Part shown: positions 49,956-63,091 of the stretch, piece by piece
Layout: each line of letters begins with the position of its first letter
Position numbering within the stretch: the first letter of the stretch is position 1
Assembly: GCA_010405405.1 (NCBI GenBank)
Contig: MU004240.1
Location: 1,622,814 to 1,686,813 of the forward strand
Direction: 5' to 3'
DNA: 64,000 bases
Origin: Microthyrium microscopicum
Taxonomy: Eukaryota
Made by a program: the position numbers and the translations under genes
Notes under the pieces: generated by a model
Databases searched by the model: none
The model's input: the letters and a program-made list of their open reading frames with translations, nothing else
What the model was told of the DNA's origin: nothing

Positions 49956-52384
49956 ATGGCGGAAGTTCTGAGTCCTATTGTCAGCTCTACAAGCACCATG
50001 ACAATACTTCGATCGCCTCAAGATGCTTTCCAATCACCTAGTCCCAATCAAGCCCATATGACCGCTCCTCGTCCTGGTCAACAAACTCGCAATTCGATGT
50101 ACAATCCTCAGTTGGCACAGATGGCCTATCGGGCTACTCCTCCTGTTGGATCTTCGCCATATACATTCAACAATACTCCAGTGTCGAGACAGGACCGACG
50201 GAAAAGTGCTGGACCAGTATTGAAGCATCAGGGCAATCTATCACAGAGACCTCTATATACAGACTCATCAAGCTCTTCAAATGTATCTTCGGCATCCTCA
50301 TCGTCACAGCGATCTAATCACTACACACTATCCAAGGATGATTCCATGATAGCCTATCAACAAAAGCAGAACATGGTACAAAATCGTCTTTCTGTGGCAT
50401 CTTTATCTACGCCAGATTTGTCTCTTGCAAGTCAAGTCAAGCCATCCCCAGATCGATACCGTCGTCAGTCTCGCCTCGTTGAAAATACACCATTGGCTCA
50501 AGACTCTCGGCAGCACTTTAACGATACTCAACGCCCTGTTCAGCCCATAACTGCCCCCATTCCTCCATTCAGTGTCAAGCCTCAACAAGAACTTAACCCG
50601 GCCCCTATACTTGTTGCTCCAACTGCCAGGCAATCAAACGGCGAGGAAACGAATAGCCCAGCTGCCAGATACAAACGAAGATCTACTGCCAACATGGATT
50701 CAAGCCCAGTACTGCGCCCGGTATCGTCACCCGTGAACGCCGTGCCAGTTACATCGGCTCCAAGCTGGTCTCAGGTAGCTTCAGGAAAGCACAATATTCA
50801 AGGACCTCTTCCCCCACCAGCTCCTTACAGCAGACCTGTGCACATGCGAAGCAATAGTAGTGGAGATAACCGTCCACAAGTAGCTAGACCTACCCAAGTA
50901 AGTTACCCCCACCACCCTCATCCTACCGCAATTACTCGAATTGCGGCATCTTATCAATGCCAAACACCACCACACATGATCTTTTAAAATGTCTTGTACT
51001 TATTTATTTCTTCTAGGCAAGGAGTTCCACTTATAGCGCTAGACAGTCGAGTGAGATTCGACCAGGCACTGCACCAAGCATGCCTGTTGCTCGGCCGCGA
51101 TCCAATCTAGCCACTCCCGTCAACTCATCTGCACTACCCGAGCGACCATCCACGGCTATTGCAGCTCCTCGAGCTGCGGAGCAACAACGACCAAGCACTT
51201 CAGGGGGTAGAATGGTCCAAAACAATCAAGATAACTCCAGCCCAGCCTTTCAAAAACTCTCCGCGATAAATGATAAACCTGGTAACAAAGGCGTTAAATC
51301 ACGACTTCGGCGAGCATTCTCATTTAGCAGCTCTCATGAACTTAGAAAGGCAACAGCTGAAAATCATCTGGCTGCTGAACAAGCCAGACTACGGAAGGAA
51401 AAGTTTGAATCTGGCAATGGTAATGGAGATGATGCTGTTGCGGCTCAACAAGAGGCCAGTGGCCTTGGTAACAACATATATTCACATCAAGGAAAATTCG
51501 CTACCTCTACGGATAATATTTCCATGTCATCGACCGCGTCATCGGCGTCTATCATGCTTCGAAACATCGGTCGTGGAATGAAAAAGTCCACTCGCAATCT
51601 AAGAAGTCTCTTTCGACCAAAATCAGTCATCGGAGTACCAGCCGCAGACAATGCAACTGCAGAGGCTGCTTCCGGTGTCAGCCTAGTCACCATTGAAGCT
51701 GAGCGGGAGAATGTCAACATCAACGTGGATCCCCATGATGTTCCTGGCGGTGGTACAAACTATCCAAAGCTTGAACGCAATTCTGTTGATCTTGCAACTG
51801 AGCTGCCCTCATCTTCTCAGATCAACCGCAAGAGCATTGTTGGTGGGGACCGGGAACGCTCTGAAGTACTTGCTGCTGTTCGCAAGGGTATATTGAAGCG
51901 TAAGGAGACCAAGTTACTTCCCAATCGCATATTGCTGACGACTTTTCAAGGATCTGTCAACTCTTCCACATCTTCTTCTCCTTCGGTCGCTCAGGAAGAA
52001 ATACCCACCCCAACCTTTGCCGGGGACAATAGCCTTCCCCCATCACCAATCGTTCGTGCCTCGACAGAGGTCGAAAAGGACTTTTTCCAAGCCAACCAAA
52101 ACGCTTCTGCGAGCACTAGAAGCTTACCTGCTCCCATTATGAGAAACATTTCCTTCAACTCGAGGGTGCAATTTTTCGACGTGTTCTCCGCTAGCGAATA
52201 CGATCGACGGGGAGATATTGCAACATGCAACCGCCTAACACCCATGCTTGCTCAGCAGATCAAAGAAGAGCTCAATTCTTTCAAAATGGTATGTGCTTGA
52301 AAATCTTCACATGACATGAACTAACTGCTCTCGTAGGAAATGGAAGTCCATGAAGAATCCAAACCACATACTCACTTCTTCTAA
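49956..52384 (+). CDS. BNI4: Bni4-like PP1(Glc7)-targeting protein; 4 exons
   Basis: Long S/P/Q-rich disordered region; KGILK; C-terminal RNISF...EYDRRGDIATCNRLTPMLAQQIKEELNSFKM|EMEVHEESK.HTHFF. Confidence 0.85.
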
Positions 52385-54056
52385 TCGCAACACCACCACT
52401 CTCACACTTCTCAGGCAAATGCCAAAATCACACTAACATCGTTCATACACAAGGCGTTTATACCCGGAGTTCCATCTCCATTTGGCACCATTGCGACAAA
52501 GAGTACTGATTCTAATCGGTTTATGATAGATTGGACCTGCAATCTTTGAATTCCTTTGATTTCTTTTTTTTCTGGTTGTTTTGGGCGGTACCATTGAATT
52601 GAGCAAATGACCCGAATCAACGTGTTGCAGGGCCTTTTTTTGTCTGTTGTTCGTCTTGGTTAGCAAAATCTCGTCATACTGTATACATTTTCCATGCTGC
52701 CCTCTCACTTTGGAACGAAACTTGTGCGTGTTATTGCTTTTCAGTTGCATATGTTCTGCTTTTTCTATCATGACCTGGCTTGTACGATCTGTTCGTGTCA
52801 TGGTCTTTTATCCAGAAATATTTCTTGTGCTTTTCCAAATGGCGCAAAATCTTAATTCGAGATCCAACAAAGCAATCGAAATCGGCGAGAAGGAAGATGG
52901 AAGAAACCGGCGCGCACTAATACTTTGACAAAAGGGAATATATCAAAGGGAAAGCTGCTCTCTAGAATAGAAGCTGGCGTGTGGAGTAGGAGGGATGGAA
53001 CACGAATGGAGCTCCGGTCATGGTTATGTCTTTGTTTTTTTCTTCGATAGAGATTTGCGGGAGCTTTTGTCGCTGTGTTTTCGTGCAAGATCTACTCATT
53101 GAGCGGAGTTCAAACATTACTTCTTGAAGATTAGCATGTTGTTTGGATGCTAGCTATAGTTTTATCAGACCAATCATTCAATTACGATTTGCTCGAAACT
53201 CGTGTTCAACGCGGTACTTGAGGATGAATGTGACTTGCTCAATGGCTCGGTGTGTTTGCAAGATCCAATCATTTGAAGCTTCTCAAAACAGCAGTTGGTC
53301 CATGTCTTTCATCGCGGCTTCTATATTTTTCGACCATTCAATCATTGGTCTTAAAGAAAAGAGGTAAATCATTCAAACTCCGAATGGCGGAACAGGGTCG
53401 GTAACTGTAAGTTAGAAACTTCCTCAAGAGCCAAGTTCCGTCTCGTTCAAATCTACAGGCTCGGACAACTCTGATTATAATATCTACTTTCAAATACAGC
53501 AGATAGTTCCAAGTTCGCCGAACCTGTCCGCAGTCAGGCCAAGTACCTATCCGATTTTGGATGAGTAACACTTGGCAATCGTGTCCAGCATCGCGGCGAA
53601 GTCGTGGCGTCAATGACTGCCAGTGCATTACAACAGAACACATCTTCAATTCATAAACAAATTGCTTTCAATCAAGTCCAAGAATAACTCATTCAGCCTA
53701 CTATGTAAATTTTCAGCTCAAACTATAAAAAGCGGCCTGGATGAACCAAGACGGCCAATTTTGCTAAGCGAGTACCTGGCGCCCAACACCACATCTCAAG
53801 TTCGTATAAAAATCATTGTTCCGGTTGTTGCCTAGATCTCCCTATCTGGACTCGGAACAGAGAATCTCAATCATTTCAAGGCTCCAGGAATTATTATATC
53901 GATTGAACTTTCGCCTGGTTCTTTATTTCTCTTGTCTCATTAATTGCGGTTTTCTGATTTGCGCTGTTGTGGTGTGAGACCTAATGTTTATCGCGACTCG
54001 TTGACCCCTGATTAGACTTGCAAGCGCCTACCAAACTCAATATCGCAGCAAACGAG

Positions 54057-57000
54057 ATGTCTGACGGCTCAAATGTGTCACAAGATGTCATAAAAGGCAT
54101 ACAGGAGTCGGATATTTCTATCAAAGCTCAGCATACTGCTCCTGGAGATGTTTTGGTTCCGATCAATGATGCCAAGGATGAACAGGCTGGCGCGCAGGAG
54201 AGGAAGCTTCAACCGGAGCGCGAAGCTACATTCAAGGACTATGTGGTTAGTAGTAATTTCTCCAACCATTTTATATGCTGCTAATTGAGGTGGAAATGTA
54301 GCGTGTCTTCTCCTACGCTAGAAAATGGGATGCTGTGTTGATGGTTATCGCCGCCGTTGCGGCTATCAGCTCTGGAGTGGTGAGTTGTTCTCCAACAGTG
54401 ATAAATAACCTGAAGACTAAGAATATCCTAGACGATGCCTATAATGAACGTCGTGTTTGGTAAACTTGTCAATGGCTTTAACAATTACTTCACTCCCGGC
54501 GCAGCATCATCCAAAGATGACTTCACTCGCCTTCTCAACAGGCAAGCACTGTACATCTTCATCCTCTTCCTAGCACGCTTTGCCTTGAACTACATGGCCA
54601 AGTTCAGCTTTCGTATCATCGGTATCCGCATGTCAGCTGCCATACGTCTTGACTATCTACGCTGTCTATTCGGCCAAACCATTCACGTCCTCGACTCCAT
54701 GCCGTCCGGCGCTGCGGCAGGCGTCATCACGACATCTGCCAATACGCTACAAATCGGCATCTCCGACAAACTCAGCACGTTCATCGAATACACATCGACC
54801 GTGATCTCGGCCACCATCATCGCCTACACGTACTCATGGCGGTTAGCACTGGCTACTAGCAGTCTGTTGCTCTTCATCTTATTGACAGTGGGCATGTTAT
54901 TGCCTGCGATCATGAAAGTGCACTCAAAGATGACCGTCGCTGAAGAAAAAGCTTCTTCTGTAGCCAACGAGACCTTTGGCAGCATTCGTATGGTCACTGC
55001 GTGTGGAGCAGAGGGTCGTGTGTATCAGCGATTTGAAAAGTGGGCAAAAGAAGTTGAGCGCAGAGGAGTGTTTCTGGCGCCGATGATTGCGTTGCAATTT
55101 GGCATCATTTTCTTTGCGCTTTATGCTACGTTCGCGCTGGCATTTTGGTTTGGATCGAAGTTGTTCATTGAAGGGCATATTGATAACGTTGGGACTATTA
55201 TCATGTAAGTCTGAGAATCTTGACTAATATGGGTAGTTGCTAATGTCTGACTAGTGTGCTAATGTCCACGTTTTTGATGGTCATGTCGTTCGAACGCATT
55301 GCGAATCCTATGGTTGATATTGCGAAGGCTTCAGTGGCAGCTGGACAATTTTTGGCTGTGATTGATGCGCCGCGCCCAGCAAACGGCACTCTTCAGAACC
55401 CAGATATCACTGCTGCAGACGACATCGTCTTCTCTGACGTTCACTTTGCTTACCCTGGACGACCACATATCAAGATTCTCGATGGGCTGAATCTACGTGT
55501 TGAGACTGGCAAGGTCACTGCGATTGTTGGGCCCTCAGGGTCTGGCAAGAGTACTATCATTGGCCTTATTGAAAGATGGTATACCTTGCACGATCAACAT
55601 ATCATTGCAAAGACGATCGAAAAGGACAAAATGAAGAAAAAGAAGAAAAAGGCCAAGAAGGGCGAGAAGGATGAAGATGAAGAGATAAATTTTGAGGAAG
55701 ATAAAGGGCCAGTGATTGAACTCAAAGGTCAAATCACTACTAACGGCCACTCTCTTGACGAAGTTGATGTGAAATGGTGGAGAGCACAAATTGGTCTTGT
55801 CCAGCAAGAGCCGTTTTTGTTCAACGATACCATTGAGAATAATGTTCGGTATGGTCTTGTTGGCACAGAGTACGAAAAGGCTAGTGATGAGGTACAGCGA
55901 GAGCTGGTCATATCTGCTTGTAAAGAGGCGTTTGCGGATGAATTCATTGATCGGCTTCCGGAGGTATGTTTGCGGATGTCTCCAATCTCCTTCAACAGCT
56001 AACCGCTCACAGAAATATGACACCCAAGTGGGAGAAAGCGGTCTAAAACTGTCTGGTGGCCAACGTCAACGCCTCAGTATCGCCCGAAGCATTGTCAAGA
56101 AACCCAAAATCCTCATTCTCGACGAAGCTACAAGCGCAATTGACGTCCGCGGTGAAAGGATCGTTCAAGCAGCCCTTGATAAGGTTTCCAAGAACCGAAC
56201 TACCATTACTATAGCTCATCGACTGTCTACCATCATGCGCGCTGACAAGATCGTCGTACTACAAAAAGGTCGCGTTGTCGAAGAAGGCACACATGAAACT
56301 TTGCTAGAGAGAAATGGCGCTTATGCCGGTCTTGTATATGCCCAGCAGCTATCTCTGGGTGATCAGACTGAGCAAGCAGAGGCGGTAGAAGGCGTCGATA
56401 CAGTTCTGTCGCGGACAAAGAGCATTTCCAAATCCGATACTGAAGCTACCAAGCACGAGGAGTATCAAAAGAAGAGTCTGATTCATAGCTTCGGCTTACT
56501 GCTGTTCGAGCTCAAAGCTAAATGGCCTTCTTTCTTCGCTATGATTCTCATCTCTATGTGTGTCGCTGGTAAGTTTTCACGTCCCGTCTGGCTGAGATAC
56601 TTTCTGACTGGTTCACAGTGTCGCTGCCGTTGCAAGCATGGCTCTTTGCGAAGGTTATCACCATCTTCCAAGATCCGTTCAATCTTGGTCACAATAGTCG
56701 CTTCTGGTCTCTCATGTGGACAGTGCTGGCTATCGGCACTGGAATTTCATACTTTTCACTTGGGTTTGTCGCAATGCGCACATCTGTGGTAAGTCTTAGC
56801 CTTGATATCCATGTTCACCCACTGATATTGCATATGTAGTATGTGACTGCCGTCTATCAGAAGCAGTATTTCAGCACGATGCTCCACCAAAAGATAGCCT
56901 TCTTTGACGATGATGAGAATTCTACCGGCTCTCTTACCGCTCGCCTAGCCAGTGATGTCAAACAACTCGAGGAATTGATGGGCATGAATGCGGGCATGGT

Positions 57001-58630
57001 ACTAGTTTCGTAAGCTGATCTGTTTCCTAGAATAACACCGCGCATCTAACCTTCTACAGTCTATTCACCGTCATTGGCGGACTGGCCATCGCCTACTCCT
57101 TCGGCTGGAAACTCGCCCTAGTAGCAACTTGTGTAACGCTACCTATCGGTCTCGGCGCTGGCTACTTTCGCATCAAGTACGAAATTGAGTTCGATGAGAT
57201 GAACGCAGCTGTCTTCTCGGAAAGCTCAAAGTTTGCGGCTGAATCTATTGGAGCCTTCCGAACTGTTTGCTCGTTTTCTCTGGAAGATAAGATTTGTGAT
57301 CGATACAACAATCTATTACGGAATCATGTCCTGCAGGCATTCAAGAAGGCTAGGTTTTCGACGCTCATCTTTGCGCTGGCGGATAGTCTGAGCTTAGCTT
57401 GTCAAGCCTTGATATTCTGGTACGGAGGCCAATTATTAGCGTCGCGCGAATATAATGCCATGCAGTTCTTCGTGTGCTTTATGGCAGTTATCTTTGTAAG
57501 TTGTCATGCCCATTGGTAACGCATATCCTAACTTTACGTTAGGGTGCCGAATCTGCCGGTCAAGGATTGAGCTTTGGTCCCAGTAAGTCAAAGGGTATAG
57601 AAAGTTATCGGGCAGCCAGCTAATGATATTAGATGCGGCACAAGTAACAGGAGCTTCGAATCGTATCCTAAAAGCTCGCGAGAGCCAGATTCATGACACC
57701 ATATCAAATTCGGAAGTCATTCCAGACACTGAAGGCGGAATCGCTCTTGAGCTGAGGGACGTTCACTTCAAGTATCCCACTCGGGACATATCCATTTTCA
57801 AGGGGCTTAATCTTCAGGTCATAATGTCAATCTCGCCATGTGTACTGCGCGTACTGACACTTAATAGATCGAAAAGGGGCAATTCGCAGCTCTTGTCGGC
57901 GCCTCGGGTTGTGGCAAAACAAGCATAATTTCTATGCTGGAAAGGTACTGTACCAATTCTCTTACTCCACCAGACAATTTTGACAATTCTCTAGATTCTA
58001 TGATCCCCAGAGCGGTACAATCCTCGCCAACGGCAAAGACATCACCGACATCAACGTCTACGAATACCGCAAATACCTCTCCCTGGTAGCCCAAGAAGCC
58101 ATGCTCTTTCAAGGCACCATCCGCGAAAACGTTCTCCTCGGCGTCGACCCAGAAGGCATTACGGACGACCAATTGCATCAAGCATGCCGCGACGCGTACC
58201 TCCATGATTTCATCACCAGCTTGTCTCACGGATACGAGACGCCAGTTGGCAACAAAGGAGTTTCGCTGTCTGGTGGCCAGAAGCAGAGGTTGTCCATCGC
58301 GAGAGCGCTGATACGCAACCCGAAAGTCTTGCTGCTGGACGAGGCGACGAGCTCGCTGGATAGTGAAAGTGAGAAACAGGTTCAAGCGGCGTTTGAGAGG
58401 GCTGGAAAGGGGAGAACGATGGTGGTTGTTGCGCATCGACTAGCGACTGTTCAGAACGCTGATGTGATCTTTGTGCTGGGGGAGGGCAAGTTACTTGAGA
58501 AGGGGAATCATGCGGAATTGCTCAAGAAAAAGGGTGTGTATTGGCATATGGTAAGTCATACAATCCGAATTTCCGGGACAAGATGGCTAAGATGGTTCTT
58601 CAGTGTGTTAATCAAGCTTTGGATCGATGA
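54057..58630 (+). CDS. Full-size ABCB/MDR (P-glycoprotein-like) transporter; multi-exon
   Basis: TMD-NBD-TMD-NBD layout; Walker A GPSGSGKS and [13 protein letters not shown] signature twice; LLDEATS-type Walker B twice. Confidence 0.95.
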
Positions 58631-59256
58631 AGCGATCAGGGGAGAGAGCTATGTTTTCTTTATTAAATTCTTTTTGTTTATAAAAATTCTACTCAGGTAG
58701 GATTAGGATTGCCATATGGTATATTATATCATGTACATTAGCTAGTTTGATACCCCTCTCTCATATATGAATTGTAATGATAGTGTCTGGGACAAGGCAG
58801 GATTTGGTCTGCTTGGTGTCCAAAGTCAACTCCGATGTTTTCCTGAGCCATTGCAGATCGTGAGAACCCTTGGAGATTTTGTGGGTTATTCTAGACAATG
58901 GATCGTAAGAACACATCTTTGGCATCGAAGCTTTTGGTCGAATAATAATGACTGCTTACCCAGCTCAGAGCCGTTACTCCATCAACTCCATCGACTCCAT
59001 CCTGAACATCCTTGACGAGGAATTCTAGAGTAACAAGCTGAAATGGGCTTCAAAACTGACGATTCGGCTCTTTTAACCTTCTCATATGAGATCTCACACG
59101 CGCTCAACATTCTGATGCACATGCTCTTAATATTCAGAGAGCTCAGTGGAAGTAAATAAACATGGCGATGCTCTCTGCAGAAGAGGTCCAAGCTTCTTTG
59201 GTGTTTTCATTCGACGTCACTATCCTCCACGTCTTGACTCTTCCAACACATCGCCA

Positions 59257-60438
59257 ATGGCTTCCAGAATACCAATACTGCCTTGCCGAACCTTACGGCG
59301 GCATCTTAGGTTGCCAATCACTCTACCAGCTCTCACACAAACCCGTCCTATCTCAGCCTTTGGCTATGAGCAAGCCAAAGCACTCGTCTTCTCGAAACAT
59401 GGCGATCCTCCCAATGAAGTCCTCAAACTACACACCCATTCCATTTCTCCTGCTCACTCGAATCTCCTGACGATCCGCTTCCTCGCTGCGCCTATAAATC
59501 CTGCCGATATCAACCAAATCCAAGGCGTATACCCCTCCAAACCTGTCTTCACAACCGGTCTAGGCACCGCAGAGCCGGTAGCTGTCGGCGGAAATGAGGG
59601 TGTCGCTGAGGTTATATCAGTAGGCGACAAGGTCAGCAGTCTCAAGCGTGGAGATTGGGTGATCATGCGCAGTCCAAGTTTTGGGACCTGGCGGACACAT
59701 GCGCAGACAAGCGAGGACCAGCTACTCAAGATTGACAAGACGGGCATCACACCGGTGCAGGCGGGCACAGTGTCTGTGAATCCTATAACAGCATGGCGTA
59801 TGCTGAAAGATTTTGTGTCACTACAAGAAGGCGACTGGTTCATACAGAATGGTGCAAACTCAGCAGTGGGTATGGCAGCAATTCAGCTGGCCAAAACATG
59901 GGGCTACAAGAGCATCAATGTGGTTCGAGATCGTACACATGGCTTGGACGAGCTCAAACAGAAGCTTAAAGATCTGGGTGCTACAGAAGTCATCACAGAC
60001 ACTGAGCTCAAGGACGTTGACTTTAAGTCGCGGGTCAAAAAGTGGACGCAAGGAAACCCCATCAAATTAGGACTGAACTGCGTAGGCGGAAACCAAGCGT
60101 TTACAATGGCCAAGTCCTTGGGAGACGATGCGCATTTCGTGACATATGGAGCGATGAGCAAAAAGCCATTCTCGCTACCAGCCGGTCTACTAATATTCAA
60201 AAACATACGTTTTGATGGCTTTTGGGTCAGCAGATGGGGAGCGCAGAATCCAGAGGAAAAAGCACAAACCGTTCAAAATGTCTTGGAACTATATAAACAA
60301 GGCAAATTTGAACTTGGTCCTCTCAATGAGATTCCATGGGATTGGGAGACGAAGGAGAAGGATCTTGTTGATGCCGTTAGCGGGACATTCCAGGATTATA
60401 GACCTGGAAAGGGTATATTTGTTTTTGGTAAGACATAG
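59257..60438 (+). CDS. ETR1: Mitochondrial trans-2-enoyl-thioester reductase (mtFAS)
   Basis: Arg-rich presequence; PINPADINQIQGVYP, GGNEG, FGTWRTHA, VNPITAWRML, IQNGANSAVG and VTYGAMS. Confidence 0.95.
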   Translation: MASRIPILPCRTLRRHLRLPITLPALTQTRPISAFGYEQAKALVFSKHGDPPNEVLKLHTHSISPAHSNLLTIRFLAAPINPADINQIQGVYPSKPVFTTGLGTAEPVAVGGNEGVAEVISVGDKVSSLKRGDWVIMRSPSFGTWRTHAQTSEDQLLKIDKTGITPVQAGTVSVNPITAWRMLKDFVSLQEGDWFIQNGANSAVGMAAIQLAKTWGYKSINVVRDRTHGLDELKQKLKDLGATEVITDTELKDVDFKSRVKKWTQGNPIKLGLNCVGGNQAFTMAKSLGDDAHFVTYGAMSKKPFSLPAGLLIFKNIRFDGFWVSRWGAQNPEEKAQTVQNVLELYKQGKFELGPLNEIPWDWETKEKDLVDAVSGTFQDYRPGKGIFVFGKT

Positions 60439-61236
60439 GGGTCCACGTATTATTATTAGGAATCTTGAATCCAGTTGTACAGTACACATGGAAGGGATAA
60501 GCTTTTTTTTGGTCTACATTAGTTTCAATCTTTCCGGGGAACTCAAGGTACCGGTATCTGCATGTCGAGAGGTTGATCCACACTTGGGTAGAAACTCTGT
60601 CTTGGTACACTACAGTATCACGTATCCTCTTAAACGTTACTTCATCTCCTTCTTGTTGAGTAATGATGACGCCTGCAGAACTGGTATTTGTAGCATACTT
60701 CAAGGCTAGCAGGTATTTTACTTCAACACCAGTATACAGTATACTCAGATCGAGGGTTTCAACTTTCAACCCCACAAGATAGAAGAATGGGTACGTACCC
60801 GGTCATGCGGAATATTTTCCATGCAGGTGGCACCAAAATCTTTTACAGGAAGTACATGCAAGCCAACTTGAAAGCTGATTAGCACCAAAGCATTTAGCCA
60901 ACCACATCTCTTTATCCTCCAAAGCGTCACGATATCCACATATCGGATCGACATCATGCTTTCTCTTTTCTGTCTTCCCGGAATAAGAACCGATGCACTG
61001 GTGAGTAGAGGCTTTAAGCTAACTACTCCCCATGCCCGAGTACATTTGCCCATGTCGCTGGAAACAAAGAGAACAGCAGCTCCACTCTTAAAATAGTCTA
61101 TATATGTAAAGCCAAGCATTGCCGAGGACAATTTCAATCAATTGGAGAAGTCTAAATCTGAGCACACTGTAAAAGACGCCTCAAGGAAGTACGAAAACAC
61201 CTACTTCAAACCTCATGATAGCGATATACAACTCCC

Positions 61237-63003
61237 ATGGCCCCCAGCATGATAGGCCTCTTCTCCATGCCCCCCAGCGCTGCTGGCTCAACCACCAATC
61301 TACCAAGCAACACACAACATAGCATCAACCTAACAGAAACACTCTCCTCCACCACCACCACACCATCCCGCCCAACAGCCCAGCACAAACGACAAGCCTC
61401 CTTCATCCACACAATCAATGACTTCCTCACCCAAGCCCAAGACGATGACACCCCCCACAGTCCAAAAGAACCACCCAACCCAATCTCCCGTAATCCCGCC
61501 AAACTCCCCACACGCCATCGCGTTCGCCATTTCACATGGAGTTTCTTCACCATGACCATGGCGACGGGCGGCATCGCCAACGTCATCTACGCCGTACCCA
61601 CCGCCATGCGTTTCCAGCACCTTGATGCGTTGGGACTGACATACTATCTTCTCAACATCGTGTTATTCATTACCGCGATAACTCTGATTAGTATGCGTTT
61701 CTGGATGTTTCCACATACGTTCCGCGCCTCCTTCCTACATCCAACGGAAAGTCTATTCGTGCCTGCTGCGACGATATCCCTGGGCACGATCCTGATCAAT
61801 ACGACGCAATATGGAGTTGGGCGCACGGGGGATTGGCTGACGCAGACAATGGTGGTGCTATACTGGTTCTATGCGGCTCTAGCGTTGACGCTGAGTAGTA
61901 GTATCTATCTGATTCTGTGGAGTACGCAGACGTTTACGATTTCTCAGATGACGCCGGTGTGGATTTTCCCTGCGTATCCATTGCTCATCGTTGGACCGTT
62001 TGCTGGGCAGTTGGCGGCCAAGGTAGGCGGGAAGCAGGCACTGGAGATTATTATAGGTGGTTTTGTGTTGCAGGGCATTGGCTTTATGGTCAGCTTGATG
62101 ATATACAGCGCTTTTTTATATCGGCTGATGACGCATAAATTGCCGAGGGAGAATGTTAGGCCGGGCATGTTTGTCAGTGTTGGACCCAGTGGGTTTACGA
62201 TTGCGGGAATTGTGACAATGGGGCAGAGATTACCGGCAGTGGTGTCGAGTGATTTTATGATCAAGGGAGAGGGGGCGTTGGTTGCGAAGATCAGTTTGGT
62301 AGCGGCGAACTGGGCGGGCCTGTGGTTATGGGGGTATGTATGCTGTGGTGGTCCAAGGGATGACTTTGCTAATGGTGGTATCAGGCTCGCTTTCTGGTTT
62401 TTTATCGTTTCCGTGGGATCGCACGTGTCGTCAGCGTACAAGGGACGTATTCATTTTGCAATGACGTGGTATAGTTTCGTCTTTCCAAATACGGCGTTGA
62501 CCACGGCGACTTTTGCGATTGATCGGGCGTTGGATGGTAACCGTGCCATTCAGATCCTCGGATGTACGTTGGCAATGGGTGTCGTACTGACGTGGTTTTT
62601 CGTTACTGCTATGATGATTCGAGCTATCATCCTACGTCAGATTCTGTGGCCACAAAAGGGTGAAGATCGTAATGAAGGTGGTTGGGTCGAGGGAGACGAA
62701 CGTATGAGGAGCGTGGATCGCGAACGGGAATTCAGATTGAGACGAGCAACCTTGATGCAGCGTAGGATGAATGGACAAGCAAAACTCTCGCAGACAGGAA
62801 TCGAGCCCGATACAATCCCAGAAGAGCCAAAACCTGAGCGTAAGAAGAGAGGGAGTAGAAATCAAGGCGGAAGGGAAGATGATGAGGAGAAAGTGCTCGA
62901 GTTCGACAGGGCGGACTTTGCGATTAAAGAAGCTCGAAGAGAGAGCGGCTTTGGCCCGATGCGCGGCAGAAGAGGCAGAAGTGCTACAGACAACGTTGTG
63001 TAA
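61237..63003 (+). CDS. MAE1: SLAC1/TDT-family C4-dicarboxylate (malate) transporter
   Basis: RVRHFTWSFFTMTMATGG, SFLHPTESLF, WIFPAYP, RPGMFVSVGPSGFT and WYSFVFPN; in-frame 51-nt intron at 62334-62384. Confidence 0.9.
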   Translation: MAPSMIGLFSMPPSAAGSTTNLPSNTQHSINLTETLSSTTTTPSRPTAQHKRQASFIHTINDFLTQAQDDDTPHSPKEPPNPISRNPAKLPTRHRVRHFTWSFFTMTMATGGIANVIYAVPTAMRFQHLDALGLTYYLLNIVLFITAITLISMRFWMFPHTFRASFLHPTESLFVPAATISLGTILINTTQYGVGRTGDWLTQTMVVLYWFYAALALTLSSSIYLILWSTQTFTISQMTPVWIFPAYPLLIVGPFAGQLAAKVGGKQALEIIIGGFVLQGIGFMVSLMIYSAFLYRLMTHKLPRENVRPGMFVSVGPSGFTIAGIVTMGQRLPAVVSSDFMIKGEGALVAKISLVAANWAGLWLWGYVCCGGPRDDFANGGIRLAFWFFIVSVGSHVSSAYKGRIHFAMTWYSFVFPNTALTTATFAIDRALDGNRAIQILGCTLAMGVVLTWFFVTAMMIRAIILRQILWPQKGEDRNEGGWVEGDERMRSVDREREFRLRRATLMQRRMNGQAKLSQTGIEPDTIPEEPKPERKKRGSRNQGGREDDEEKVLEFDRADFAIKEARRESGFGPMRGRRGRSATDNVV

Positions 63004-63091
63004 ATGCAAGGCGCTGGAAGAGAATTCGGCATTAATCGTTCTGCATATTATATCATATGAACATACTGCTTGTTGTTCAAATACATACCTT

